A DNA stretch of 64,000 bases from Chiloscyllium plagiosum (GCF_004010195.1 NC_057718.1:75736275-75800274); one strand, 5' to 3'; numbered from the stretch's first letter, positions 13,933 through 27,219 are shown. Numbers and translations: made by a program. Notes: generated by a model from the sequence alone, not told the origin.

Positions 13933-14354
13933 GTGTAAAGGCAGTGGTGGAACTTTCTGACTCCAAAAATGACTGCCAAACCTTCATTCTCTATCTGGGT
14001 GTGTTTGTGCTCCGCATCAGTCTAAGTCCTGGATTGAGTGTTCCTCTCCACCTACGAGCTAATACTATGATGCTGTATGAGGAGAAATCACATGTCGATA
14101 GCAGGTCTCGCTTGGGATCATAGTGTGCCAACACCTTAAAGAATGGTAGCTATTTCTTCACTTCCCTAAAGGCTACAGTCTTTCCAAGGCTGACCCATTT
14201 TAGGAGCTGATGCATTGCACCTTTGTGCCAGCTGCTGCAGGTTTTAGCGCATCCCTCACACATAATCCTGGACCTTAGAATGTGCCGGTCTTCAACACTT
14301 GGATGAGGTCAACTCTTTAAACTGGAAGACAGACAAGTTGCAGATAGATAAAAA

Positions 14355-14700
14355 AAAGCAGTTGATGTTTGTCTCGCCGTACGTCCCAGGGAATAAACTG
14401 TAGAGCAGACAGTCCTGCATCATGGAGCTGCTTGGGACAAACCTCAAAAGAAAAAAAAATTGCTGCATCTCTCCCCAGACCTTCTTTGCAAAGGAACATT
14501 CCAGAAGGAGATATGTGACAGTCTCTTCTTCTCTGTAGCCGCTTCCAGGGAGAGAGTCCGGGCGTAAATGTAGGATCTCATAGGTGGTACCCTTTCAACC
14601 AAGCGACGTCTTAGTGTTTGTTGGAAAGTCCTGGTGATGATGTATTCCAATTGAATATTGCAGACTGACACCTTCGGTGTTCCAGGAGCATGTGCAGCCT
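14355..14700 (-). mobile_element. Tx1/L1-clade LINE ORF2 C-terminal (zinc-knuckle region) remnant
   Basis: Minus-strand translation EETVTYLLLECSFAKKVWGEMQ...RFVPSSSMMQDCLLYSLFPGTYGETNINC. Confidence 0.75.
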
Positions 14701-14789
14701 TCAGCACTCAATATTGAGATCAATAACTTTACAATATGAGCATATTCTTTCATTTCCATTTCCCACTGCCACATTCCAGGCCCTATCTG

Positions 14790-15646
14790 AACATAGAACA
14801 TAGAAAAGTTCAGCACAGAACAGGCCCTTTGGCCCACGGTATTGTGCCAAGATTTAATCCTAATGTAAAATATAGTAACTTAACCTACGCACTCTTCATC
14901 TCACTGCTATCCATGTGCATGTCCAGCAGTCACTTAAATGTCCCCAAATACTCTGCTTCCACCACCACCGCTGGCAACGCATTTCATGCATTCACTACTC
15001 TCTGCGTAAAGAACCTATCTCTGACATCTCCTTTATACTTTCCTCCTAATATCTTCAAACTATGACTTCTCATACCAGTCCATCCTGCCTGGGGAAAAGT
15101 CTCTGGCTATTGACTCTATCTATTCCTCTCATTATTTTGTACACCTCGGTCAGGTCTCCTCTCTTCCTTCTTCTCTCCAGAGAGAAAAGTCCGAGCTTAT
15201 TCAACCTCTCTTCATAAGGCAAGCCCTCCAGTCCAGGCAGCATCCTGGTAAACCTTCTTTGCACCCTTTGCACACCCAGATCCCTCTGTTCCTCCACATT
15301 GCCAAGAATCCTGTCTTTAATCCTATATTCAGCATTCAAGTTCGACCTTCCAAAATGCATCAGTTCGCATTTATCCAGGTTGAACTCCATCTGCCATTTC
15401 TCAGCCCAGGTCTGCATCCTGTCTATGTCACGCTGCAGCCTGCAGTAGCCCTCAATACTATCGACGATACTTCCAACCTTTGTGCCATCTGTAAATTTGC
15501 TAACCCACCCCACAACCTCCTCATCCAAGTCATTTATAAAAACTACAAAGAGCAGAGGCCCAAGAACAGAGCCCTGGGGGACCCCACTCAACACTGACCT
15601 CCAGGCAGAATACTTTCCATCTACAACCATTCTCTGCCTTCTGTCA
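14790..15646 (-). mobile_element. CR1 LINE RT and 3' end, internally deleted
   Basis: SGVPQGSVLGPLLFVVFINDLD...WAEKWQMEFN; (TTCTATG)n tail. Confidence 0.92.
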
Positions 15647-16359
15647 GCTGGGCTGCTTTCTGTACAGACAACTCCATTCACCTAGTTTTTGTCTTTCTGC
15701 TTTGCATATTATCAACCACCTCTGTGTGCCTAACTGTCTTTCTCTCTCTCTTTTTGGGCTCTATTTTCCCTAAACATTTACTCCCTTTGCCCCCATCTCC
15801 CTTGCCAACCATGATATTAACATAAATTCCCAACATTTCCTGGGTACTATCAGTTCTGAAGAAGTATCACTGGACCCGAAATGTTAAATCAGAGACGCTT
15901 ACAAACCTGCTGAGTTTCTCCAACAATTTTTGTTTCAGATCTTCAGCATCCACTGTTCTTAGTTTTGTTATATATTTGGATCAATTTATGTTGCTGCTTT
16001 ATGAGAGGGTAATACTTTGAGGGCTGCAAGTATGTACTGAACTTTGGACAGTACAATAATTGGGCTGGTTATCCATGCACACCTCTCCACTAACGCACCC
16101 AGTTCAACATTAATTATTTTGCACCAATGGCTGAAGTTCAAATTATTTTCAATTTGAGAATATTATTTCGATTTCATAAAGGAAGCATTCTCCAAATTAG
16201 AAAAATCACATGAGGTGATACAATGATTCTTCAGTCTTTATACTATTCTACACATTTCGTATTAACCTGATCTAAATAATCAGAATGGTAATGAGGCAGT
16301 GTTACAACCATTGATTGCACAATGTTCAGCACTATTCCTGACATCTCAGATATCGAAAC

Positions 16360-17720
16360 AGTCCATATACATATACAAAAAGACCTGAATAATATCTAGG
16401 CTTAGGGTAGCATTTGTTCCACATAAATGCAGCTAATGGACATCTTCATTAAGAGACCATCTAACTGCTGCCCCTTGACAGTCAATGGCATTACCATCAC
16501 TGAATCCCCCACTATCAACATCCAGGGGTTACCATTGACCAGACACTCAACTACACTTCCCAGATAAATGCAGTGGCTACACAAGCAGGTCAAAGGCTTG
16601 GAATACTATAATGAATAGCTCACTTCCTGATTCCCCAAAGCTTGACAAGACACAAGTCAGGAGTGTGATGGAATACTCCTCACTTGCTTGGAAGAGTGCT
16701 GATTCAACAACACTCAAGAAGCTTGCTATCTATAGACAGCACGATGGCTCAGTGGTTAGCATTGCTGCCTCACAGTACCAGGATCCCAAGTTCGATTCCA
16801 GCCTTGGGCGACTGTCTGGTTTTTGCATATTCTCCCCATGTCTGTGTGGTTTCCTCAGGGTGCTCCAGTTTCCTCCCACAGTCCTCGGCGCAACATCAAG
16901 GGCCCAAGGGCCTGTACTGCGCTGTATTCTTCTATGTTCTAGTCCAAAGATGTGCAGGTCAGGTGATTTGGCCATGCTAAATTGCCCATAGTGTTAGGTG
17001 AAATGGGTCTGGGTGGGTTACTCTTCGGAGGGTCGGTGTGGACTGATTGGGCTGAAGGGCCTGTTTCCACACTGTAGGGAATCTAATCTGATCATCCAGA
17101 ACAAAGCAGCCCACATCAACAGCGCCAGATACCCAGGTTCAATTCCCACTTCAGGCAACTGACTGTGTGAAGTTTGTACACTCTCCCCGTGTTTGCGTGG
17201 ATTTCCTCTCACAGTCCAAAAATGTGCAGGTTAGGTGAATTGGCCATGCTAAATTGCCCGTGGTGTTAGGTGAGGCAGGTCGGTGTGGACTTGTTGGGCC
17301 GAAAGGCCTGTTTCCACACTGTAAGTAATCTAATCTAAGAAAAGATCCACTCCTTCCACAAAAAATACTCAGTAGCAGCAGTGTGTACAAGATGCATTGC
17401 AGAAATTCACCAAAGATCCTTAGACAGCCCCTTCCAAACCCACGACCACTTTCATCTAGGACAAGGCAGCAGATACATGGGAACAACAACACCTACGAGT
17501 TCCCTTCCAAGCCACTCACCATCCTGAATTCAAAATAGATTGCTGTTACTTCACTGTCACTGATTTAAAATACTGGAATTCCCTCCCTAACAGCATTGTT
17601 GGTCTATGTTCAGCACGTGGACTGCAGTGGTTCAAGAAACCAGCTCGCCATTGCCATCTCAAGGGGAACTAGAGACAGGCAATGAATGGTGGCCATGCAG
17701 CAGTGCCCACAACCCACAAC
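16360..17720 (+). mobile_element. Old CR1/L2-group LINE 3' remnant carrying nested SINEs
   Basis: KTQVRSVMEYSSLAWKSADSTTLKKL. Same family at about 27810-28450, 33620-34570, 35410-36100 and on the minus strand at 54790-55725. Confidence 0.7.
16735..17338 (+). mobile_element. Two HE1-like SINEs (16735-17090 and 17120-17338)
   Basis: tggctcagtggttagc A box, gttcgattcc / gttcaattcc B boxes, (ATCTA)n tails. Confidence 0.87.
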
Positions 17721-18220
17721 AGAATAATAAAAAGGGCAATGATTGGGAATGCCGACAGTTTCTCTTTTGTTAATGCAATGTTGAAGTCCTTGCAAACGGA
17801 AATCAGTTAGAAATCACTGAATTGACATAAGCTTACATTTTTCAAATGGTTTCGTGGCTGTTAAAAAAAATCCTTTAAAATGTTACGCCTTTCGATTGAT
17901 CTGTAACTCGGCTTTTAAACAGCACCCTAAATCACACTTACTGCTGTGTGCAAATAATCACATTGACGTTACAAGAAACTAACTACTTGTGACAATCATG
18001 GTAAAAATTCCACAAATTTGAACATTAATTTTTTTAAAAGATTGTTTACAATATTTCAGTGTTTATCTAAATCCCAAGTAGATATCCCAGCCGCTTATTC
18101 AACTTCACATAAAATTATAAAAAGGGAAAGATGAAACTAATTTGTTGCCTTCTGATTTGCTTTGTGTATGACTTCTTCAACGTGACTGGTTGCTTAGCTT
18201 GTTTGATGACCGGCTGCTAG

Positions 18221-18259
18221 AGATCCCCTGAAATCAGAACTAAGTCAAAATCAGAAAAG
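18221..18259 (+). CDS. impg1: Candidate 39-nt microexon of IMPG1-like gene (RDPLKSELSQNQKS)
   Basis: ctgctag|AGATCC...AAAAG|gtgaat; phase 2 to 2, open and frame-preserving. Lies where IMPG1/2 have a tiny exon in the SEA1 loop; UGC-rich upstream region. Confidence 0.6.
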
Positions 18260-18850
18260 GTGAATTCCATACCACAAGAGCTCATTAATCTTTATGGACA
18301 CTTACTTTGAGCTCAGCGATGAGAACCCTCATTTCACTGCTGATTGCAAAATTTATGCCCGAAACGTCGATTCTCCTGCTCCTCGGATACTGCCTGGCCT
18401 GCTGTGTTTTTCCAGCAGCACATTTTTCAACTCTGGTACTCCAGCATCTGCAGTCCTCACTTTCTCCCGGTATTCAAGTAGTGCCTGGTTACATGAACAT
18501 CTTCTTTCATAGCAATATTCTTTTTGCTTTCTTCATGAAAACTAAGCTTGCTTTTCATAGGGGAGGGAGTAGTAACATAAGACCAATGCATCATTCCTGA
18601 TTTAACATTTGTCATAAGCAATGGTGATTCACCTTTCAATTTACAAAGCACCAAGCACAATCAAATTTTGATATAATAAAGACTCAGTGCATACAAGAGA
18701 GAACATGTATTGGGAGACCATCTTTAACACTTCATCATGTCCTAAAGTAATTTACAGCGAATTAAGAAAGAAAGGAAGAATCTAACAAATAATAAAAGCA
18801 GTGGTGGGCATGTGGTTAATGTAATTCAATACCTGACTGTAAAAATTACA

Positions 18851-19117
18851 TTAAAAATCACACAACACCAGGTTATAGTTCTGGTTTATTTGGAAGTAAG
18901 TCATGTCAAAAACCAGCCCAGTTCTACATGTTGGCACAATCCTAGCTTCCAAATTTTACAACCACGTTAGGGCTCTTGAAGTGTAAAGTAACTACCATCT
19001 GATGAAGGAGCAGTGCTCTGAAGGCTAGTGCTTCCAAATAAACCTGTGGACAATAACCTGGTGTTGTGTGATTTTTAACTTTGTACACCCTGGTCCAACA
19101 CCGGCACCTCCAAATCA
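18851..19117 (+). mobile_element. Penelope-derived fold-back mini-element, second family, with hammerhead core at 18999
   Basis: Inverted arms ttaaaaatcacacaacaccaggttat / ataacctggtgttgtgtgatttttaa; CTGATGAAGGAGCAGTGCTCTGAAGGCTA. Confidence 0.78.
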
Positions 19118-19192
19118 TAAATTAAACTAAACTTTTTTTCTGCACTAAGGCATTGATCAAATGCATCTGATCACAAATTACTTTTCTTTCAG

Positions 19193-19449
19193 TGAGGATG
19201 GTCACATGATTCACTTTGCCGCCATCTTTGATAAGAGGGCAGCCACACTGAGTGACATTCGGAATGATGTGCTAAACATCGGCTCCAATAAAGTCGAGAA
19301 TGGAGACTTGCTGTTTGAGCCACAAGAGGAGCTCCTAGAAAAACCATTGGCCACTATAACAGTAACCAGATTTCAGGACATGGTTGCCATGGCACTACTC
19401 AATGATACGTCTTTTTCAATGGATCCAAGTTCAATTCGATTTACTCAAG
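19193..19449 (+). CDS. impg1: IMPG1-like exon (SEA1 C-terminal part: EDGHMIHFAAIFDKR...SNKVENG...MDPSSIRFTQ)
   Basis: Acceptor cttttctttcag, donor G|gtaatc, phase 2 to 1, inside ORF 19161-19478. Matches IMPG motifs AIF, SNK(V/I)E and the terminal I-x-FT. Confidence 0.9.
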
Positions 19450-20779
19450 GTAATCTGTTGTTTAATTTAAGCAGGTAACCATGCTTGGCTGCCTTCATCT
19501 CATATTACTCTGATGGTAATTAACCTGTTTGATCAATTTGCTAAAGCCTTATGTTGTTATTGACAAGGAATAGATTTTGCTGAGACGCATAGGTAAATAG
19601 ATGATAATTTCAAAAACGAAATGATGGTGGCCTAGAGTAAATACACTGGTGAGTTGGCCTTCATTAAGACTTGACCTCCCTAGATTGGAGCAGTGATGTG
19701 AGTTAAATGCCTCAATATTGCCTCTATCATTGTCATTCCTTGCTGGATCAAAATGCAACAGCAACCTTTGAGGTGCATGTGCAGGAAAGAAATAACAACT
19801 AAAACTTTGCTGTGGGAGATAATTTAGCAATGGTTTAATGGCTACCTCAAGTAAAATAATGTTGTACGCATTAGCTGAATGTGTAAAAGAAGATTTTGAA
19901 AGAAAATAATAAGGAACCCATTTTGGACTATACGACTAAAAAGACAATTTTTAAAAAAGTCTCTAATGCTGATCTTATTTGATCAAGACATCTTAAACAA
20001 AGTAATTCTTTTCAAAACAGTATTACCATGGTGATATAATTAGTATCCAATGAAATAATTTGTTCATCTGTTGCCTGCTCATTTAGTAAAGAGTTATCTC
20101 ATATTTGGTATATTTAATTTTCTTTTATTCAATCTCTATTATATGTATGAAGTAACGTACACAATACACAAACAAACAAAGGAATGAATTTTAATCTGTG
20201 AAGACAATTGGTTAAAATTAGGTGAGAGATTTTTTTTTAAATTAAACTCAACCTTAACCACCTCCATCCATTGACTTTTGGATTTAATAGAGGCAGGACA
20301 ACAGGGGTCAGTCAACCCACTCCCAAGATGTGGGTAAACCAATTAAATATTGAATATTATAATGAAGCCTCAGATTATCAGATTTAACTCTGAGTAGTCA
20401 GGTTTCTCAGGTCTTGGGAAATGTGTCCGTGAAGGGAGGCATGGATATCTTTGGTAATTGCCTTTACAGCACAATTTGCGAGTCAAAAGGCCACAATAAT
20501 GTTTCCCAAGAATTAAATTCTCCTCCTACCATCTCTTCTATGGCCAGGAATTGAAAATACCCTGGGGAGCCAGGATCAGACTCCATGTCTAGGAATGGGG
20601 ACTGTACCTCACCTACCAGCTCAGTCCCATGAGCAGTTTCAACTCCCTACCTAGGTCTGCAACCTGCTGTAGAATGTTCCTCACCAAGTTCACCAATCAT
20701 GCTGACTTCCAAATCCGGGAATGTGGGAAAAAATCACTTTAATGGATTAAAATTGCATAGGAAGTCAGAAACACAGATT

Positions 20780-21460
20780 TCCACAGATTACAGTGAAAAG
20801 CTTTGTTTTGCCAGCAGTACAGGCAGATCATAGCAAACAAGGACATACAGATCAGATAGAACAAGGCATACAAAGTTACACTTCACAGGAAGTGTGCAAA
20901 GCAAGATCAACATCAGCAAATGCAACATTATTTGAAGTTAGAGAGATCCATTCATCACTCTAATAATAGCAGGAAAGAAGCTGTTATTGAACCCGTTAGC
21001 GCGCGTGTTCAAGCTTCTGTATCTTCTGCCTGACAGAAGAGGTTGTAAGAGAACATTACTGGGGTGCGAGGGATCTTTGATGTTGACAGCCTTTCTGCAG
21101 CAATGAGCCATGAAAATGGAGTCCATGAATGGGAGGTTGGCTTGTGTGATGGTCTGGGCTGTGTATACAACCTTATGTAGTTACTTACTATCCTGGGCAG
21201 AGCAGTTGCCGTTATGCTCTCAGGCAGTATGTTTTCTATGGTGCATCTGTAAAGGTTGGTGAGGGTCCTTGTGGACATACCGAATTTCCTAAACTACCTG
21301 AAGAAGAGGAATCATTTTGCCTCCTTCACCATCGCATCTCCATGGAAAGTCCAGGACAGGTTGTCAGTTATTGTCACTTCGAGGAACTTTGCGCTCTCCA
21401 TCATCTCCACCTCAATTCCTTTGATGTCGATGGGGATGTGTCCTCCTCCTTCTCCTTTCA
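20780..21460 (-). mobile_element. Rex1/Babar-type LINE 3' fragment
   Basis: RTLTNLYRCTIENIL; LLSGRRYRSLNTRANGFNNSFFPAIIRVMN. Confidence 0.82.
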
Positions 21461-23070
21461 TAGTCAGAGTCAATTCCTCAAGTCAGTCGTCTTGTGACGA
21501 AATCCCTGTTGCTGGCCTTCAATTTTCTCTTTCCCAGTTTGAATATCAAAGAATCATCAGTTCCCCACAATGCAGAAAGAAGCCATTTGCCTCATCAAGT
21601 CTGCACCAACCCTCCAAAGAGCATCCTACCTAAGTTGCCCAGTTCAGTAGAAACAATTTGTATTGAAGTAACAGTGAACTTGCCTTTATTGCAACATTTC
21701 CAAATTACCCATTCCCAAATTCTGTGCTGAGGTTTACTGCCCCAACACGCAACATTTTGCACCTGAACTTCATTTGTGACTGCATTGTCTATTTAAGGTT
21801 TGTAACTTCCTCATTGGAACTGTCTGCTGCTGCCTCCCCCTCTCTAGTTAATGTCATTTACATTGAACATTTGGATCTATTTCTAACACATGATATTTTG
21901 TGAAGCAGTTGTCTGTTGTCCATAAAAGCAAGTGGACTTACAGTAAATAAAGACTTTGAGCTGAATCTTTTTTTTAAGCTTAGACCAGGTTTTGTTAGAG
22001 GTTTTTGGAGCATTTTTTCCATGGTTCCCAGCAGGTTTTCTCACCCTATCTTAGTAAACACACCTTATTAATTACATGTCATGCCTCTTTAGTGACTCTC
22101 AAATCCGATTACTGCACCAGCTTACTCAGTATTGTTTCCAGAACAACTCACTGTTTAGTGAATATCTGCTAACACATCAACATCGCTCGCACGTGCATCA
22201 TGTTTGAAAGACCTACTGTGAACCCAGACAAGCACAGGTATTCTCAAGCTGTTGTGCTCAATAAAGCACATGTGGACAAGATGTCAGAAATGGGAAAGAT
22301 AGCACCACATTTCTCCTACAGGGATCTGCAGGTCCTATTTGATGCAGTGGTGCCAGAAGAGGTTTCCTCTTCCCCGAGGACCACTTGAAGGGGGGTGCAT
22401 CATCACTTATCTGCCCCCATGGGCAGGTTGATGTCTGCTATGGAGATTGAGGCCCAACACCCTCAGGGACTGCTAGAGAGATGTACACACCTGCACCCTA
22501 TCTGACCAGCCCTGGTTTCCAGGGCCAAAGGTATGGTGACAGGGTCTTCTACATTCACAAGGTGCATGGTGGTGTAATAAGACACCTAGCCAGAAGGTAG
22601 AACCATAGTCAGGTCCCTTAGTAGTTTCCACTCTGGACACTGAAGAATTGGCCAGGCCCTCCACCTCCTGCCAGCTCCCTCTGACCCTTTGAAGTCCAAA
22701 CTGGCAAGAAGACCCTTGACATGTCTGGCCTGACTAAACTCAAGTGCTTCCAAGTCCAACAGGCCCCAACAGAGCAGGCTCCTTTCACCCAAACTGCGTA
22801 CAGGTTGGAACACACTGAGGCATAGTGGGAATGACAGGAAAAAAACTTTGAAGACACTTTGGTGGAATGGGTGAAGAGGTTTTTTAGGTAAATAATAGTT
22901 TTTTCATAAAAGTTCACAATGTTATTTTTTTTGCATGAGTTTGAGATCTCTCTGTACAAATGCAAAACACATTTCACACCATCTAGCAGCTGGCATGACT
23001 GGATACGATGGATGGAGGTCTGTACTGAACACCTCTTGCACAATCTGCAATCAGGGGAGCAATGTATGCA

Positions 23071-24175
23071 CATAGAATCATAGAGGTTTACAGCACGGAA
23101 ACAGACCCTTCAGGCCAACTCCTCCATGCCGACAGATATCCTAAATTAAGCTAGTCCCATTTGCCAGCACTTAGCCCATATCTCTATAAACCCTTCTTCA
23201 CTCTTACCATCCAGATACCTTTTAAATGGTGCAATTGTACCAGCCTCCACCACTTCCTCTGGCAACTCATTCCATACACGCATCACCCTCTGTGTGGAAA
23301 AGTTGCCCCTTAGGTCCATTTTATATCTTTCCCCTATCACCTTAAACCTATGCCCTCTAATTCTGGACTCTCCCTAACCCAGGGAAAAGACCTTGTCTAT
23401 TTACCCCTCATGATTTTATAAGCCTCTGTAAGGTCACCCCTCAATCTTCAACATTCCATGGAAAACCCCTTCAGTCAAAAGTTAAAAATCACACAACAAA
23501 AGGTTATAGTCCAACAGGTTTATTTGGAAGCACTAGCTTTCGGAGCGCTGCTTCTTCATCAGGAGCTGATGAAGGAGTAGTGCTCCAAAAGCTTGTCCTG
23601 TTGGACTATAACCTGGTGTTGTGTGATTTTTAACTTTCTTCACCCACACTACAACACCGGCATCTCTAAATCATGATCCCTGGTCTATTTAGCCTCTTCC
23701 CTATAGCTCAAACCCTCCAATCCTGGCAACATCCTTGTAAAAGTTTTTCTGAATCCTTTCAAGTTTCACAACATCTTTCCTGCAGGAGGGAGACCAGAAT
23801 TGCATGCAATATTCCAAACGTGACTTAACCAGTGTCCTGTACAGCTGCAACATGACCTCCCAACTCCTGTACTCAATAGTCTGACCTTCTTCACTCTCCT
23901 ATCTACCTGCAATTCCACTTTCAAGAAACTATGAACCTGCCCTCCAAGGTCTCCTTGTTCAGCAGCACTCCCCAGGACCTTACCATTAAGTGTATAAGTC
24001 CTGTCTTGATTTGCCTTTCCAAAATGCAGCACCTCACATTTATCTAAATTAAATTCCATCTGCGACTCCTCAGCCGATTGGCCTATCTGAACAAGATCCC
24101 ATTTGAGATAACCTTCTTTGCTGCCCACTACACCTCCAATTTTGATGTCATCTGCAAACTTACTAATTATACCTC
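23071..24175 (-). mobile_element. CR1 LINE RT and 3' end
   Basis: IISKFADDIKIGGVV...MEFNLDKCEVLHFG; VWNELPEEVVEAGTI. Confidence 0.92.
23478..23674 (+). mobile_element. Fold-back mini-element (second family) with back-to-back hammerhead cores, nested in CR1
   Basis: tagctttcggagcgctgcttcttcatcag-gag-ctgatgaaggagtagtgctccaaaagct, with inverted arms. Confidence 0.85.
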
Positions 24176-25040
24176 CATATGGCATTGGCCTCTGGAGAAA
24201 ACTTTGTCCATCCTTGTTCAAAATCCCTAATGTTTGACTCCTTTTATAAACAAAGGTGTAGATGTCAAAGAGTTGTCCAGCCGTGATTGTGAAAGGGCGA
24301 TGTAAAATATAGAGAGTCAGTGCTGCGGGATGCCCAAGGAGTAGGCAATCTGTTTGTCCATGTGTTCTACCTTTCATGAGTCTCTGACCAATGTTGTTGC
24401 CTTTTGAATGGTGGGTACAACTACTGAAGGAAACAAATATTAACTTTCTTAAGGCTTAAAGTCTTTTTTATAGCAAGGAACAGAGAAAGGCACTGAGCTG
24501 GTGAATATCTGACAGCTCCAAGCTGTTCAGTTAGATGACAACCTATTAATAGGAGTTGAAAGGCAGAAGACCTTTGTTATCGATAAATGGTCACTAGTGT
24601 GCAGACCAATCGGCTACTTGTTGCTGGCTGAATCACTACTCATACACATGCTTGGCTGCAGCTTGTTTGCAAACTACAAATCAATTACTGCTTGATCAAG
24701 CAGCTGTGAAAACCATGGGTGTCAGGTTGCTTGCTTTTGAAACCTGGAATAATCTTTCAGCAATCCTAGGTTTTTAAAATTATTCTTTTCCCATTTCAAT
24801 CCATAATCACAAATTCAGAAAAATAAAAATAGTGATCTTTACATCATTTAAACTATTCCACATTGTAGTAAGATCCATATTCTTACCACTTTCTTATTAA
24901 GGAGGCTACACAGAGATTTTAAGTTTAAAAAATTTCTCTATTTAATCTAAGGAATTTCTGAAACCACTATTTCTAAATTATATCATTTAAGTTTTATGAC
25001 ATGAAATTTTTAATTCTTTCTCACTATATTCTTCCTGCAG

Positions 25041-25096
25041 CCTCTGATGATCTCGACCAATTGGCTCCCAACTTGGATCCGACTCCCACCGAACTG
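25041..25096 (+). CDS. impg1: IMPG1-like short exon (ASDDLDQLAPNLDPTPTEL)
   Basis: ttcttcctgcag acceptor, CTG|gtatgc donor. Phase 1 to 0 bridges the flanking exons exactly. Confidence 0.8.
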
Positions 25097-26030
25097 GTAT
25101 GCTTTGCATCCTATGAATTTCTTCAACAGAATTTTAAACAATGTTATACATCAGTCCCTGAGTGTCATGTTTACAGAGTGATCCTTCATTCTGTCAGGTT
25201 CTTTATGTTTAGCTGCCTATGTGTAGATTGATAAGGGTCGATGCATAATGTAGATTTTGGGACATTTTTCTCCTAGCAGCCACCAGCCAATTCTCGTCCT
25301 CTTCAGGTTAAAACAATGAACATTAGCCAAAGGCAGGGTGGAACATAGAGAGAAAAGTCAGTACATACAGAATTCACCAGAGGAATTCCCGTCAGATTTG
25401 CCTCTCTGCAATCCACCCATGTGATGCCAAGGAGATATGGACAACTTGTTAGTTTAGACTCAGTATGAGCTTAGAGAATTAACTGAGGCAGATCATTGAG
25501 AAAGCAATAGTCAATTCAAGTCTTTATAAATGGATAAGTGAATAGCTTTTAAAATGCAGCAAACAGCTTGGATATATACTAACAATAGTTGGGGTGGGAT
25601 GGATCTATTAAATAGGAGACTTTGATACTACAAGAGAAAGTAAAACGTATGTGCAAGTGCAATTTTTAACAAGGAGTGCTCTGGTGTCAAACATGACAAT
25701 GGTGAATTCTTTAAATACTGGTCTCTCCATTAAAGTTACCAATGACTTTCCTACCATTCCACTGGTATGGAACAAAGCATCACCGGTGTTTTACATTAAC
25801 AAAGACAGCCCAGCAGGAAGGAGAAGAAGGGTACATGGAAGGGGTTAGGGAACCAAAACCAGTGTCGGGGAAGGTTTTGAACTGGGGAAGCTGTAAGGAA
25901 AATGGCAATGCTGAAACATTGAAGGGACAACAAGTTCCAGAATTAAATTGGAATTAAAGAAGCAAGTAGCACTAATATTTTCTGCGGAACAATGATGTAT
26001 TTTTCAAAAGTATGTTTTCTCTTTTTTTAG

Positions 26031-27219
26031 GAGAGTCATTTAAGTCCAGCGATCACTGGAGATTTTGTGGAGGACAAGTTGATGGAGAAGATTCCAGCCA
26101 TCCCTTCAGAAGGAAAACTTGATGAAACCATTAATGAAGTCATAACTGATACCATAGTACAGGTTACACGGATAGATCCCACCCAAACTGGAGCCACTAG
26201 TGTCCCAGATGATCTGCCAAGTCAACTACTTGTGACAGAAACATTACTTAATGTCCCACTGGAAACATTCTTAGATAAAGAGACCACATCTGTGCCACCG
26301 ACTAGTTCTAATGGAGGTGTGACTGAAAGTGGACACCAGATCAGTAGTCTGACATTTACAACCACGGTTGTAATGACTGGTGATCTCTTAGTTACAGAAG
26401 AGATTAGCATATCCACCTCTGTTTCATCTGATATGCAACAGATGACTATGGATGAAAACATAACTGGTGTCATAGTTTCTGCTACAGATCAGCCCGAATA
26501 CATGGTAGAGACCAAACCAACAATTACTGAAGGAACCATCAGTGACATGGCTACCTCAACTGTACAGGTTGAACACATGCAGGAAACTGAACTACATTGG
26601 GAAATGGAAGAGGATGTTGCTACTGATAAGGTTATTGGTAGGGCTACATCTCCTCCAACTGTGCAATCTGAGCACAAAGAAGAAATAAAGGAGGATGTTA
26701 CGCTGGATGAAAATTTAATTAGTACCACAGATTCTGCTGTACAGCCTGAACATTCCCATTCAGCTGCACAGGTTATCACCGAGGAGACAGAAGGCTTTGC
26801 TGCTCGGAACATCACAGAATCTCCTACTGCACAGCCAGTCAATCAGAATCTGTCCTTGGATGCACAGATTCAGCAACTAGCAGAACAACACCACAGCAAT
26901 ACATTGCCTCCTTACATAAAGGAAGCCCTTCCACACCAGGATGAAGAAAATGTGGAGTCAAACATTATTGAACAAGCACAGCAGTCCAGCGAAATCATTC
27001 ACACTACAATCTATCCATTTATTTTCAATCAGGAGACAATATCTAATACTATGGCAGGAACTTCAATAGAAGATGACCAGGGCATCAGTATAACAATCCC
27101 TCCATCCCAGGAAACTACGAGTGACAATGGAATTGGATCAAAATTTGATGCAGGAGCAATTGATATCAGCATAATGCCAGGCTGGACATCATCACAAATT
27201 GGTATAAGTAAGGCAGAAG
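26031..27219 (+). CDS. impg1: Large mucin-like (T/S/E-rich) exon of IMPG1-like gene
   Basis: ctctttttttag acceptor, G|gtgagt donor, 1189 nt open (ORF 26067-27293), phase 0 to 1. T/S/E/P-rich as expected between the SEA domains. Confidence 0.88.
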
